DNA from: Bacilli bacterium
Lineage (GTDB): Bacteria; Bacillota_I; Bacilli_A; RF39; UBA660
Direction of reading: 5' to 3'
DNA: 64,000 nucleotides
Assembly (NCBI GenBank): GCA_017435485.1
Contig: JAFSEY010000007.1
Location: forward strand, 51,819 to 115,818
Below, one piece after another: positions 20,149 through 29,855 of the stretch. The notes beneath the pieces are model-generated. The model had not been told where the DNA came from. It saw only the letters and a list, made by a program, of their open reading frames with translations, and did no database searches. Numbering within the stretch: position 1 is the stretch's first letter; each line of letters begins with the position of its first letter. Both the position numbers and the translations under genes were made by a program.

Positions 20149-20177
20149 ATTTTATCAAATTATATGTATTATGACAA
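20149..20177 (-). promoter_or_regulatory. Putative sigma-A promoter of rpsB-tsf (TTGTCA-N17-TAAAAT), next to a 23-bp tandem repeat
   Basis: Minus-strand TTGTCA (20177-20172), 17-nt spacer, TAAAAT (20154-20149), about 114 nt upstream of the rpsB ATG. Confidence 0.3.
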
Positions 20178-20180
20178 GAA

Positions 20181-20227
20181 AAATTTACAAAAAGAATATA
20201 GATAAAATTTACAAAAAGAATATAGAT
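20181..20227. repeat. Perfect tandem direct repeat, 2 x 23 bp (aaatttacaaaaagaatatagat) at a 24-bp period
   Basis: Copy 1 at 20181-20203 and copy 2 at 20205-20227 are identical. The repeat lies just upstream of the putative rpsB promoter. Confidence 0.8.
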
Positions 20228-20480
20228 GATTTTCAATAACCATTCTTAGTCTCTGAGCTAATTAATTAATCTATTTAACTTTTAAATACATTAAAAAATA
20301 TCCCTTTAAAGTCATTGAATTTCAATATCTTTTTGTATTTGTATATTTATGAAATTTCTGTTCTTTTAAAGGCACAAAAAAACACTTCTAAAAAGAAGCG
20401 CTTTTTATGACATTTTATTTAAACTGCCTTTATTATATCTACTCAATGTCCAGTTCAAAATGTCAACATTTTATATTTTA

Positions 20481-22292
20481 TCATAATTCTTTATAGGCAA
20501 TTCCTTTTACCAAAGCAGTTAAATCGTTTACATTAGGTTTACCATTACTTATTGCATCATCTTTAGTTGCTAAATTCCATATAATTTCAGAATCAGGTAA
20601 TTTATATCTTGCCGTATCTATTTTAGCAATATATGAAGCACAATAAATTACATCATTTATATCAACAGTTCCATTTTGATCCCAATCGCCAGGTTTTCCT
20701 GTAGATGATGTTGGCGGTTCTAATCCGCTTATTGCAACATTTGCAGCAGTTTTATATTCCTTATCCTCCACAGAAGCATAATTTGCAGGAATAGCAATTG
20801 AAGTAACATCATTATTAACTAATAACGGCACAGTTACCGTACCGGAAAGATTATATTTAATTTCTCCAGTTTTTAATCTAACAACTTTTTCTGCACTATC
20901 ATAATTATAATATACCCCATCACTAAAATTACCAAGACTAACTCCATCAGGTAATCTAAAAGCAACTACCGCACCATTAGCTCGACCATTTCCCTCAGTA
21001 AAAGTCTGTTCATGACTGCCTTCCTCTATTCCTTCAGCATATTCCGTATTTTTATTTTTTATAGAAATTTTTAAATCAACTTTCATTTTTCCAGTATTAG
21101 CATCAGTTCCTGTCTTAGTTGCACTAAAAGCATTAATATTCAAGTACGGACCAATACAAAATTCATTAACTCCACTAAGTCCACTAGTATCTTTCGACCA
21201 AGCATCTTCAGTGGAATCAAACTGATAAGGCGTAATACAAATTTGCTTATTTAAAAATTCTTTAGGGATTGTAATTGGAACACTAGCAGTTTCATTTATA
21301 TCTATATTAGGCTCTTTATAAACTAAATTAAAAATCAAATTGCCTTTTCTTTCTAAATTAAGATTAGTAAGAGATGAAACATTACCATATGTAGAATCTT
21401 CCGGCAATCGGATTTGTACCAATTTATTATTATATCCCGAATAATAAGACGCTTCATTTGCCAAAGTAGGACGCGCTACAGGTTTAACTAATTCTTCAGA
21501 ATAATACGTTAGGCCATCTCCAAATTGACCAGATTTTTTGAATTTAACTTTTAACGTTGCTGAATAACCATCATTTCCAGTAGTTAATGGCAAATCATGT
21601 AAATCATTTATAACTTTACCATTACTATCAGTTATAGTAATTTCCTGTCTATTTAATGATTTCATAACATTAAACGTAAGTACCTTATAGTGTTGATTAG
21701 TACTACTAAGATTAGAATAACCACTATCCGTAAAACCTTTAACATCTGCAGACATCTTTTTAAGTGTACCATACATAGTATCTTGACCCACTTCGCCAAC
21801 ATATTTATATTTCACTTCAAAAGTAGCAGTCGTCTTAGCTGGAACTTGACCTAGCCTAAATTCCAAAATTTGTGATGTTTCATTAGCTGCTACAGCTCCA
21901 TCAATATCTTCACATGATCGTAAACATTTAATAGAAACTGTAGAGACATTATCTCCAATTTTATATGTTACAGAATCTTTGAAATCCTTTGTACTAGTAT
22001 TTAAAACTCGCACAGCCTTAGGCCAAGGACGCAATTGTACATACATATAATCACTAGCTTTATCACTATTATTTTTTAATGTTAGATAAAAAACTATGTT
22101 TTCACTTTCGTGAACTGCATACTCTTTTAGCCCAAAATCAATTTCCAAATCTGCACTATTGGCAGTCATAAACTCAATATTTTTAGTTTCTGTTTCAATT
22201 TCTTTTTTACTGTTTTTAAAACCATTAATTTCACCAACATTGACAACAATTATCGATATTAACAGCAAAATAAACAATAGTTTCTTTTTCAT
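20481..22292 (-). CDS. Secreted multidomain protein with a C-terminal type-I dockerin
   Basis: Signal peptide, ~520 aa of unassigned beta-rich domains, then a duplicated Ca-binding dockerin segment: GDWDQNGTVDINDVIYCASYIAK and DDAISNGKPNVNDLTALVKGIAY (D/N at positions 1, 3, 5, 9, 12). Confidence 0.5.
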   Translation of the reverse strand: MKKKLLFILLLISIIVVNVGEINGFKNSKKEIETETKNIEFMTANSADLEIDFGLKEYAVHESENIVFYLTLKNNSDKASDYMYVQLRPWPKAVRVLNTSTKDFKDSVTYKIGDNVSTVSIKCLRSCEDIDGAVAANETSQILEFRLGQVPAKTTATFEVKYKYVGEVGQDTMYGTLKKMSADVKGFTDSGYSNLSSTNQHYKVLTFNVMKSLNRQEITITDSNGKVINDLHDLPLTTGNDGYSATLKVKFKKSGQFGDGLTYYSEELVKPVARPTLANEASYYSGYNNKLVQIRLPEDSTYGNVSSLTNLNLERKGNLIFNLVYKEPNIDINETASVPITIPKEFLNKQICITPYQFDSTEDAWSKDTSGLSGVNEFCIGPYLNINAFSATKTGTDANTGKMKVDLKISIKNKNTEYAEGIEEGSHEQTFTEGNGRANGAVVAFRLPDGVSLGNFSDGVYYNYDSAEKVVRLKTGEIKYNLSGTVTVPLLVNNDVTSIAIPANYASVEDKEYKTAANVAISGLEPPTSSTGKPGDWDQNGTVDINDVIYCASYIAKIDTARYKLPDSEIIWNLATKDDAISNGKPNVNDLTALVKGIAYKEL

Positions 22293-22307
22293 ATTTCCCT
22301 CCTAAAA

Positions 22308-23057
22308 CTATACCCTAAAAAATTTAATAGTTTTTTTGTTTTTTATAGTAATTGCCACAATAACAGCCAATCCACCCATTATGAATAGGAAAGGAAGACT
22401 AATACCAGTATCATTTGGTTCTACAGGACATTGTTTTTCATAATCAAGTTTGCTCACGACATCGCCATTACTACCATAAAAAGTATCATCAACTTTTTTA
22501 CAAATATATTTTTTTTCACTATTTGGTTGAATTGGATCGGTTTCAGGTGTCTCAGTAACTTCTTCGATTCTTTTTACAGTAATACTTGAACCTTCAGTAG
22601 CTACTCCATCTTGAGCTGTATTGCTTATATATCCATCAGCAAAAGACATTTTCACCGAATCTCCAACTTTAAAATCATCAGTCACCTTACAAGTAATCTT
22701 AGCCACCGTTCCTGGATTAGAAAATTCATCTGCTGGATTTTGCGCATATACCACTATAACTAATCCAGCAGTCACTGTGAACACGCCCGTTCCCGCAGCA
22801 GTACATTCTTTAATATTTGAAGGTAATTTTTTTAAAGTCAAATTTGAATCATCATTAAATATAAAATCATTTGCTTGTATTCCTCCGACTTTCATATCAG
22901 AATCACCTGGTTTTCCATTAACAGTTAATCCAACAGTAAAAGAATCTCCGCTAAAAGTGGTATCTCCTGTAAGCTCAATAGAATCAGCACATACAATTTC
23001 TGCCGTAAAAACAAACATTGATATTAATAATATTATAATTGAATTGAATTTTTTCAT
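22308..23057 (-). CDS. Cohesin-domain protein with a C-terminal transmembrane anchor
   Basis: Signal peptide, then a ~140-aa cohesin-like beta-sandwich (FTVGLTVNGKPGDSDMKVGGIQANDFIFNDDSNLTL...GVFTVTAGLV...GTVAKITCKVTDDFKVGDSVKMSF), a Thr/Pro linker, and a C-terminal TM (LPFLFIMGGLAVIVAITI) plus KNKK tail. Confidence 0.4.
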   Translation of the reverse strand: MKKFNSIIILLISMFVFTAEIVCADSIELTGDTTFSGDSFTVGLTVNGKPGDSDMKVGGIQANDFIFNDDSNLTLKKLPSNIKECTAAGTGVFTVTAGLVIVVYAQNPADEFSNPGTVAKITCKVTDDFKVGDSVKMSFADGYISNTAQDGVATEGSSITVKRIEEVTETPETDPIQPNSEKKYICKKVDDTFYGSNGDVVSKLDYEKQCPVEPNDTGISLPFLFIMGGLAVIVAITIKNKKTIKFFRV

Positions 23058-23602
23058 TTTTTCTTACCTCTCTTACTCTTATTATTTTTTATTATCAGCA
23101 TTCCAACACATCCCGTTAATAAAGTGATTATTGGAACTAAAATATAAATATAATTTATTTTTTTAGTAATTTCCATTGTCAAATTAACATCGTCAGCTTC
23201 TAATAATGTTTCTGCATCAGCAGCTTGAATATTTCTCAAATTAACAATTGTAGAACCAGTTTTCTTTGTTTTAAATTCTAAAACCCCAACCACATTATCC
23301 TTAGTATCTATATTTAATCTATAAGCTACAATCCTTTCACCAATCATTAAATTAAAATTACTTCTTGATTCATAGTTTACTAATTCTAAATAATCCTTAT
23401 CATATTCTAAATCTGCTTGCACCCCATACAAATTAAAATCTATGGATTCATAATAAATCGGAATCCTTATTACTTTGTTTTTTTCTGCACTCAACTTTAC
23501 TTCATCACTAAATTTTTCATCAAACCCAATTTGTACTCTTTGAGCAAATACAACCGGTAATGATAAAAAAAATACTGTCAGCACTAATAATATTTTTTTC
23601 AT
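23054..23602 (-). CDS. Second cohesin-like protein with a C-terminal transmembrane anchor
   Basis: Signal peptide, a cohesin-like domain (KVIRIPIYYESIDFNLYGVQADLEYDKDYLELVNYES...VGVLEFKTKKTGSTIV), a C-terminal TM (IYILVPIITLLTGCVGMLII) and a KSKRGKKK tail. Overlaps the previous gene by 4 nt. Confidence 0.4.
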   Translation of the reverse strand: MKKILLVLTVFFLSLPVVFAQRVQIGFDEKFSDEVKLSAEKNKVIRIPIYYESIDFNLYGVQADLEYDKDYLELVNYESRSNFNLMIGERIVAYRLNIDTKDNVVGVLEFKTKKTGSTIVNLRNIQAADAETLLEADDVNLTMEITKKINYIYILVPIITLLTGCVGMLIIKNNKSKRGKKK

Positions 23603-23806
23603 TTACATCCCTTTCTAATAAATAATATAATCTTTTTATACTATCCTTTATTATCAATTCAAGTATACTATTAAAACAGCTTCGAGTCAACTAGATATCC
23701 TTTTCAGATAATTAGTTTACATCCTTTAAATATATTATTTCTTATTTTTATATTTAACGGAAACTCCCAAATAAATACACTTTTTAACCACAAAAAACAA
23801 CTGAAA

Positions 23807-24400
23807 TTAATCAATTGTCTTAGCATACAAACAGCCACAATAATTTTGGCGATATAAATTATACTTTTTTGCTAGCTCAATACTTTTTAAATAGCCATCA
23901 TTTTTCTTAAAGTCACCATATAAATATTTTATCCCTAATTCTTCTTCTATTAATCTACCTAGTTCATTTATTAATTGACTATTTTTGTGGGGTGAAACAG
24001 TTAATGTTGTTGCAAAATAATCAAATTGGTTTTCTTTAGCAACTAAAGCTATTTTACGCATTCTTAGTCCAATGCATTTTTCACACCTTTTGCCACCTTC
24101 TTTTTCCAGCTCTAAACCCTCTACTACCTTTTCATAATCTTCACCATGATAGTCGCAATCTAAATAAGATACATCATCTAATTGATTTAGTAATTTAATT
24201 TGTTCTTTTTTTCTTTTTTCATATTCTTCAATAGGTTGGATATTTGGATTATAATAAATAACTGTTATATCAAAATAATCTTTCATAACATTGATAACAT
24301 GTGTTGAACAAGGCCCACAACAACTATGTAACAGCACTTTGGGACGCCCTTGTAAATTTTTGACAATTTCTTCAAATACTAAATCATAATTTGTTTTCAT
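23807..24400 (-). CDS. queH: Epoxyqueuosine reductase QueH (DUF208)
   Basis: LLHSCCGPCS and the CEKC..C...CGC cysteine clusters typical of QueH. Confidence 0.7.
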   Translation of the reverse strand: MKTNYDLVFEEIVKNLQGRPKVLLHSCCGPCSTHVINVMKDYFDITVIYYNPNIQPIEEYEKRKKEQIKLLNQLDDVSYLDCDYHGEDYEKVVEGLELEKEGGKRCEKCIGLRMRKIALVAKENQFDYFATTLTVSPHKNSQLINELGRLIEEELGIKYLYGDFKKNDGYLKSIELAKKYNLYRQNYCGCLYAKTID

Positions 24401-24403
24401 TTT

Positions 24404-25150
24404 TTATTCACTACCTATATCTTCTTTATCTTTAGATTCATAAGCCTTAAAACTAGCATTATCACGATTAGAATTTAAATAAATATATCCGTGAACTTCT
24501 TCATCTAAAGTTGCACAAATTTTTTGATAATTATTTAATTTTTCTAAATTGATTGTATCAATATAAACTGTATTAGTATCACTCATACGAAAGATAAAAC
24601 GATTTTCATCTATTATTGTTCCATTTTTTTCATCAGGACTATATTCTATTTCACTTATTTCTCCAACAATATCATTATTTAATTCAGAAAATCTACTTAT
24701 CAAATCATTTAATATATTGCTTGGAACATAATTTATGACAACCGGAATTCCTAAATATTTTTGTTCATCTTTAATAGCTTTACCATTGCTTAAATATATT
24801 TCATTATTACTACGATAATAAAATAGCGGTTTAGCTTCAGTTACTTTAATGGTTATTTTTCCAAAGATATTTTTACTCACCTTAACATCATCTACTAATT
24901 CTAATTTTTTAATATTTTGAGCTATTTTACTCTTATTTATTTTAACTAAAGGCGGATAGTTTTTTAAACCTGCAATATCAATTATTTCTTGATCTTCTAT
25001 TAAATTAGTACCTAGTATATAAATATTTTTTATTGGTAAAGTAAAAAGATAATAACCAAAAGATGCAATTAAATATATAAACAATACAATAAATAATAAT
25101 GATCTAATTCTTATTTTCTTTTTATTCTTTTTTGTCATAATTACTCCCAA
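24404..25150 (-). CDS. divIB: Cell division protein DivIB/FtsQ
   Basis: Short cytoplasmic N-terminus, one TM, then POTRA and beta domains. Sits immediately downstream of murB as in Firmicutes dcw clusters. Confidence 0.6.
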   Translation of the reverse strand: MGVIMTKKNKKKIRIRSLLFIVLFIYLIASFGYYLFTLPIKNIYILGTNLIEDQEIIDIAGLKNYPPLVKINKSKIAQNIKKLELVDDVKVSKNIFGKITIKVTEAKPLFYYRSNNEIYLSNGKAIKDEQKYLGIPVVINYVPSNILNDLISRFSELNNDIVGEISEIEYSPDEKNGTIIDENRFIFRMSDTNTVYIDTINLEKLNNYQKICATLDEEVHGYIYLNSNRDNASFKAYESKDKEDIGSE

Positions 25151-26037
25151 TTTACAAATTCTGGTTCTACTATTAAATCGATATTATTATTTTCCAAAAC
25201 TTTGCTATGGATTAAGTCAATTAAATCTCTAACATCTTGAGAAGAAGCATTATTATAATTAATGATAAAGTTAGCGTGTTTTTCACTTACTTTTGCTCCT
25301 CCAATTGTTTTTCCTTTTAATTTTACATCGCATTCAATAATTCTTCCAGCAAAATCTCCTTCAGGGTTTCTAAAGATACTACCTGCTGATGGATATTCGA
25401 GAGGCTGAGATTCTACTCTTCTAGTTCTTCTGTCTTCCATAACTTTTAAAGATTCTTCTTTATTACCAGGCTTTAAACCAAATACAGCGCTTATAACAAC
25501 TAAATCTTTTAATTTGTCTTTAAGTGAAGAATGACGATATTGAAAATCTATTTCATTAGCTTTAAGAGTTTTAATGTTTCCATTTTTATCAATAACAGTA
25601 ACGTTTATAAGAAAATCAGAAATCTCTGATTTGTATGCTCCGGCATTTCCAACGATACTACCTCCAACTGTTCCGGGTATTCCAGATGCCCATTCTAATC
25701 CTTGTAAATTATTATTCACACATGTTTGAACAAGCTTAGGTAACATCACTCCGGCTTCAGCAGTTACTTGTAAGCCATCTATTTCAACGTTATTTAATTT
25801 ATCTAGTTTAATAATTGCACCATCATACGTTTTATCACTAAATATTACATTAGAACCATTTCCTAAAATCATATATTTAATTTGATTAGCATTTAAAAAT
25901 TTAATTAATTCTTGTAAAGATTCTACATCATTTGGAATAACAATGTATTTAGCAATACCTCCAATACGGTAAGTATTATATTTTTTTAAAGAAACATTTT
26001 CTAATACTTCACCATATTTATTTAATTTATCGATCAT
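25141..26037 (-). CDS. murB: UDP-N-acetylenolpyruvoylglucosamine reductase
   Basis: FAD-binding N-terminus (GGIAKYIV...GNGSNV), catalytic region (GNAGAYK ... SAGSIFRNP). Confidence 0.85.
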   Translation of the reverse strand: MIDKLNKYGEVLENVSLKKYNTYRIGGIAKYIVIPNDVESLQELIKFLNANQIKYMILGNGSNVIFSDKTYDGAIIKLDKLNNVEIDGLQVTAEAGVMLPKLVQTCVNNNLQGLEWASGIPGTVGGSIVGNAGAYKSEISDFLINVTVIDKNGNIKTLKANEIDFQYRHSSLKDKLKDLVVISAVFGLKPGNKEESLKVMEDRRTRRVESQPLEYPSAGSIFRNPEGDFAGRIIECDVKLKGKTIGGAKVSEKHANFIINYNNASSQDVRDLIDLIHSKVLENNNIDLIVEPEFVNWE

Positions 26038-27116
26038 TTTATCAATTCCTTTATTTCATTATAAATAGTATCAGCACTATTTATCGTATTCATCTTTTTA
26101 ATATTATGTTTTAATTCATAATATTTTTCCTTATCATATAAGATATTGTTAATTAATGCAATTAAAACTTTACTATTAAAATCTTTTTCTTCTAACATAT
26201 AAGCAGCATTTTTCTTTTTTAATTCTAAGGCATTATAGTATTGATGGTTACCAGCTACAAAGGGAGATGGAATATAAATGGCTGGTAATTCTAAAGCTTG
26301 AGCTTCGGTAATTATCCCTGCTCCTGCTCTTGATACTAACAAGTCTGCACTTTTCATAATTCCAGATAAGTTATTTAAATATGGTTTAACTACGACATTT
26401 TTAGGAAATTCTTCATTTTTGATAAATTCATCGTAATGACTGTTGCCGGTAATATATAGCACTTGAAACTTAGCATCTTCTATTAAATGTAAAAACTCTT
26501 TGAATTTAGTATTTAATGTAGCACTACCTAGGCTACCTGCTACTATAATTACTAATTTTTCTTTAGGATTTAAACCTAATTCTTTTATATTTACTTTTGT
26601 AGCTTTTAAAGCCCTATTACCACTCGGATTACCTGTATAGATAACTTTTTTGGCTTGTCTAAAATACTTTTTACTTTCTTCAAAAGAAATCCCTACCATG
26701 GAAACTAGCCTAGACAATAATATATTACTTTTTCCTGGTATACTGTTTTGTTCATGAATAAAAGTTTTTATTTTCAACTTGTTAGCTGCTTTGATAACCG
26801 GATATGTAACATATCCACCTACTCCTATTACTATATCGGGTTTAAATTTTTTCATAATTTTCAAACATTTTTTGTATGCTTTCCTAATTAAAAATAAATT
26901 TTTTATATCTCTCCCAATTAATTTTTTGCTAAAACCATATATTTCTAGTTCTTCATATTTGATATTCTCTTTAGGAACAATATCTTTTTCCATTCTATTA
27001 TGAGTACCAATATAAATTACTTCTAAATTTTTATCTTTTTCTTTAAACTTTTCAATGATAGCTAAAGCTGGATAAATATGACCTCCGGTTCCTCCGGCTG
27101 ATACAATTATTCTCAT
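26034..27116 (-). CDS. murG: UDP-GlcNAc:undecaprenyl-PP-MurNAc-pentapeptide GlcNAc transferase
   Basis: MRIIVSAGGTGGHIYPALAI N-terminus, C-terminal GT-B domain. Confidence 0.85.
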   Translation of the reverse strand: MRIIVSAGGTGGHIYPALAIIEKFKEKDKNLEVIYIGTHNRMEKDIVPKENIKYEELEIYGFSKKLIGRDIKNLFLIRKAYKKCLKIMKKFKPDIVIGVGGYVTYPVIKAANKLKIKTFIHEQNSIPGKSNILLSRLVSMVGISFEESKKYFRQAKKVIYTGNPSGNRALKATKVNIKELGLNPKEKLVIIVAGSLGSATLNTKFKEFLHLIEDAKFQVLYITGNSHYDEFIKNEEFPKNVVVKPYLNNLSGIMKSADLLVSRAGAGIITEAQALELPAIYIPSPFVAGNHQYYNALELKKKNAAYMLEEKDFNSKVLIALINNILYDKEKYYELKHNIKKMNTINSADTIYNEIKELIK

Positions 27117-27127
27117 ACGTCACCTCT

Positions 27128-28456
27128 TTAATTTTTATTTTGATGTTTTAAGATATATTCTTGATAATGCTTGCTTTTGTCTGCATAATTTTTAAAAACA
27201 TTATAACTAGGAGCAGCCGGCGAAAGCAAGACAGCATTGTTTTTCTTGGTTATTTCAAAAGCCTTATCAACGGCATCTTCTAACTTTTCAATATAATAAA
27301 TATTTTTAGAACAATTCTTAACTAAACTTTCATATATATATTTTCCGGTATCTGGTTGGCAAATTATATTTTCCAATTTGCTATTAGCTAAAAACTCAAT
27401 AAAACTATCATAATTAATATTACGATCCATTCCGCCGATAATTAAGGTTTCGATATTAGGAATGGCTAAGATGGAATTTTGCGTAGCAGCTGGAATTGTT
27501 GCTAAGGTATCATCATAAAAATTGATATCATTAACAGTAGCAATTAAACTCATCCGATGCTCTAACCCTTTAAAATTAGTAATTGTACGTCTAACTTTTT
27601 CTAAATCTAAATTTAACAGTTTTGCTACTTGTAAAGCCATCATAATATTTAAACTATTAAAATCTCCAATTAAGTTTCTTTTTAGATTCAAATCGAATAT
27701 TTCATTGTCATCTAAATAAATCTTATTATGTTTTATATTATCTTTACCAAGTCCAATTAAAGTACTTTTAATATTAGTTTTAGCTATATTATGAATTAAA
27801 TCATCATTGTCTTTTAAATATATGCCATAGTTATCTTCACTTTGATATCTAAACATATTTAATTTGCCATGATAGTAATTATCTATAGTTTTAAAGTAGT
27901 CCAAATGTTCTTCAAATAAATTGGTTATAATTCCAATATTTGGTGATCTTTTTATATCATATAGTTGATGACCACTCATTTCAGCAACAATGATACTATC
28001 TTCATTAAAATCATCGATTAAATCAAAAATAGGAATACCAATATTACCCACTAAATAAACATTATCATTTTGCGCTTTTATTATTTCATAAATCAAACTA
28101 GTAGTTGTACTTTTTCCTTTGGTACCAGTTACACCGATCACAAAAGCAGCAGTAAAATTTAATAATAACGAAAATTGGGATACAATCTCACATTTATATT
28201 CTTTATCTATTAAACAAATTCCTGGGGTTTTGATAACTACTTCATACTTATCTAAATTATCTAGATAGGTTGCACCAAGAACATATTTTGTATTTTCATA
28301 ATCCACTTTTTCAATGTTCTCATTTTGATCTATTATTGTTATTTCTTTATCCGGTAAATATCTTCTTAAAAAATTATAAGTAGACTTACCTTCCAACCCA
28401 AAACCTAAGATAGCAATTTTTTTATCTTTTAAATAATCTAAAATAGCATTAATCAT
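27128..28456 (-). CDS. murD: UDP-N-acetylmuramoyl-L-alanine--D-glutamate ligase
   Basis: Mur ligase: GVTGTKGKSTTTSLIYEII P-loop, middle and C-terminal domains present. Confidence 0.85.
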   Translation of the reverse strand: MINAILDYLKDKKIAILGFGLEGKSTYNFLRRYLPDKEITIIDQNENIEKVDYENTKYVLGATYLDNLDKYEVVIKTPGICLIDKEYKCEIVSQFSLLLNFTAAFVIGVTGTKGKSTTTSLIYEIIKAQNDNVYLVGNIGIPIFDLIDDFNEDSIIVAEMSGHQLYDIKRSPNIGIITNLFEEHLDYFKTIDNYYHGKLNMFRYQSEDNYGIYLKDNDDLIHNIAKTNIKSTLIGLGKDNIKHNKIYLDDNEIFDLNLKRNLIGDFNSLNIMMALQVAKLLNLDLEKVRRTITNFKGLEHRMSLIATVNDINFYDDTLATIPAATQNSILAIPNIETLIIGGMDRNINYDSFIEFLANSKLENIICQPDTGKYIYESLVKNCSKNIYYIEKLEDAVDKAFEITKKNNAVLLSPAAPSYNVFKNYADKSKHYQEYILKHQNKN

Positions 28457-29783
28457 TTTTATTCATCTGCCTTTTTATAATATTTTCAAATTCTAATGGA
28501 AGTAAATGATCTGTGTTATATTCATCTAGTAATTCATCTTCTATAAGCTCAAAATTTTCTTTATAATATTTTAATAAATATGGTAAGTTTTCTTTATTTT
28601 TCTTTATTGCTTTACTTACAGCATAACCCACTTCTTCAACTGTTCCGACACATTCAAAAGGTTTAGTTTCTTTTTTTCCTAATAATTCTAAGAAAGTATC
28701 TAAAAGTTTTTCATCTTCATATAAATTTTTACCAAAGATATCACTTAAATATTCTAAATCCAAAAAGGGGCTTAGAATTATAAAAACAAATAAACACTTT
28801 GGACAATCACCACACCATTTCCAAGGAAGGGTTTTACTTCCCACATTACAGCTTTTAAAAATATGATGATATTTTTCTAATTTAGAAAATAAATATGCTA
28901 TTTGAATTTCTTTTAAAGGGCGAAGAACAGAAAAATAATGAATATCTAAATTAAAGTATTTTCTAGTATAGTTATTAAAATCTTTTTCAAATTCAATACT
29001 TTTAGAATATTGGTGATTAATTTTAGTATTTAAAACTGTTGGTTCATTAGCACTACTTTCGTTAGATAATACGATATATTTTCGATTAGTTAAGTAAGCT
29101 ATTAAATAACTATAAAAAGCTACTATACTACTAAATGGTGTATGTCCATTTAAATAACCTTGTTTGTTTAAAGAAAGCATATTTTGATCAAGAATCCTTG
29201 TTACATTGATATTGTCATATCCAGCAACTTCAATGCACTTTTCATGTATTTCTTTAGCATTAATTGTAAAACAAACATTGTCCATATCTTTTAAAGTTTC
29301 TAAACTAACGATGGAATCTTTTCCCCCACCAACACAAATAATATTTCCAGAAGATTTAAAATCTGGATCAGCATAATTTATTTTATCTTTTTGACATTTA
29401 AAAGAAACTAAAGCATCTTCAGTTACATCTATATTATTTACGTAAAAAAATTCTCCTAATCCAAGAAAATAAAGTTTACGCCACCAATTTAAAGCGCTTT
29501 CATCTAAATAACCAGCTTTAATAATAAAATTTTTAGGACAACTTACTTTGTAATAACTAATAGCTTCTGCCATACCAATATTAAATATTAAATATTTTAA
29601 TAATTCTTTATTAATATTTTGATTAGTTATAATATTTTTAGCAACTTTAAAACAAGGATTAAACGTCGATAATCCTTCAATTTCCATATTATATGTTACA
29701 ACTAAACTATCATCTATTTCTTCAATTTTATAATCATGATATATAAAATTAGAATACATACTTCTAAGTTCATTAAAATTCAT
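28449..29783 (-). CDS. PP-loop (adenine-nucleotide alpha-hydrolase) superfamily protein of unknown function, translationally coupled to murD
   Basis: 444 aa with ~150 aa of N-terminal domain, then a PP-loop-like ICVGGGKDSIVSL motif and a C-terminal Cys cluster (CNVGSK...WKWCGDCPKC). No N-terminal glutaminase domain. Its stop overlaps the murD start by 8 nt. Confidence 0.4.
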   Translation of the reverse strand: MNFNELRSMYSNFIYHDYKIEEIDDSLVVTYNMEIEGLSTFNPCFKVAKNIITNQNINKELLKYLIFNIGMAEAISYYKVSCPKNFIIKAGYLDESALNWWRKLYFLGLGEFFYVNNIDVTEDALVSFKCQKDKINYADPDFKSSGNIICVGGGKDSIVSLETLKDMDNVCFTINAKEIHEKCIEVAGYDNINVTRILDQNMLSLNKQGYLNGHTPFSSIVAFYSYLIAYLTNRKYIVLSNESSANEPTVLNTKINHQYSKSIEFEKDFNNYTRKYFNLDIHYFSVLRPLKEIQIAYLFSKLEKYHHIFKSCNVGSKTLPWKWCGDCPKCLFVFIILSPFLDLEYLSDIFGKNLYEDEKLLDTFLELLGKKETKPFECVGTVEEVGYAVSKAIKKNKENLPYLLKYYKENFELIEDELLDEYNTDHLLPLEFENIIKRQMNKND

Positions 29784-29855
29784 ACAGGTTCACCTAATAA
29801 AATTATACAATAAAACCCCAAATTAAAACACAACTTTTTACAAAATTGTGTCAAC

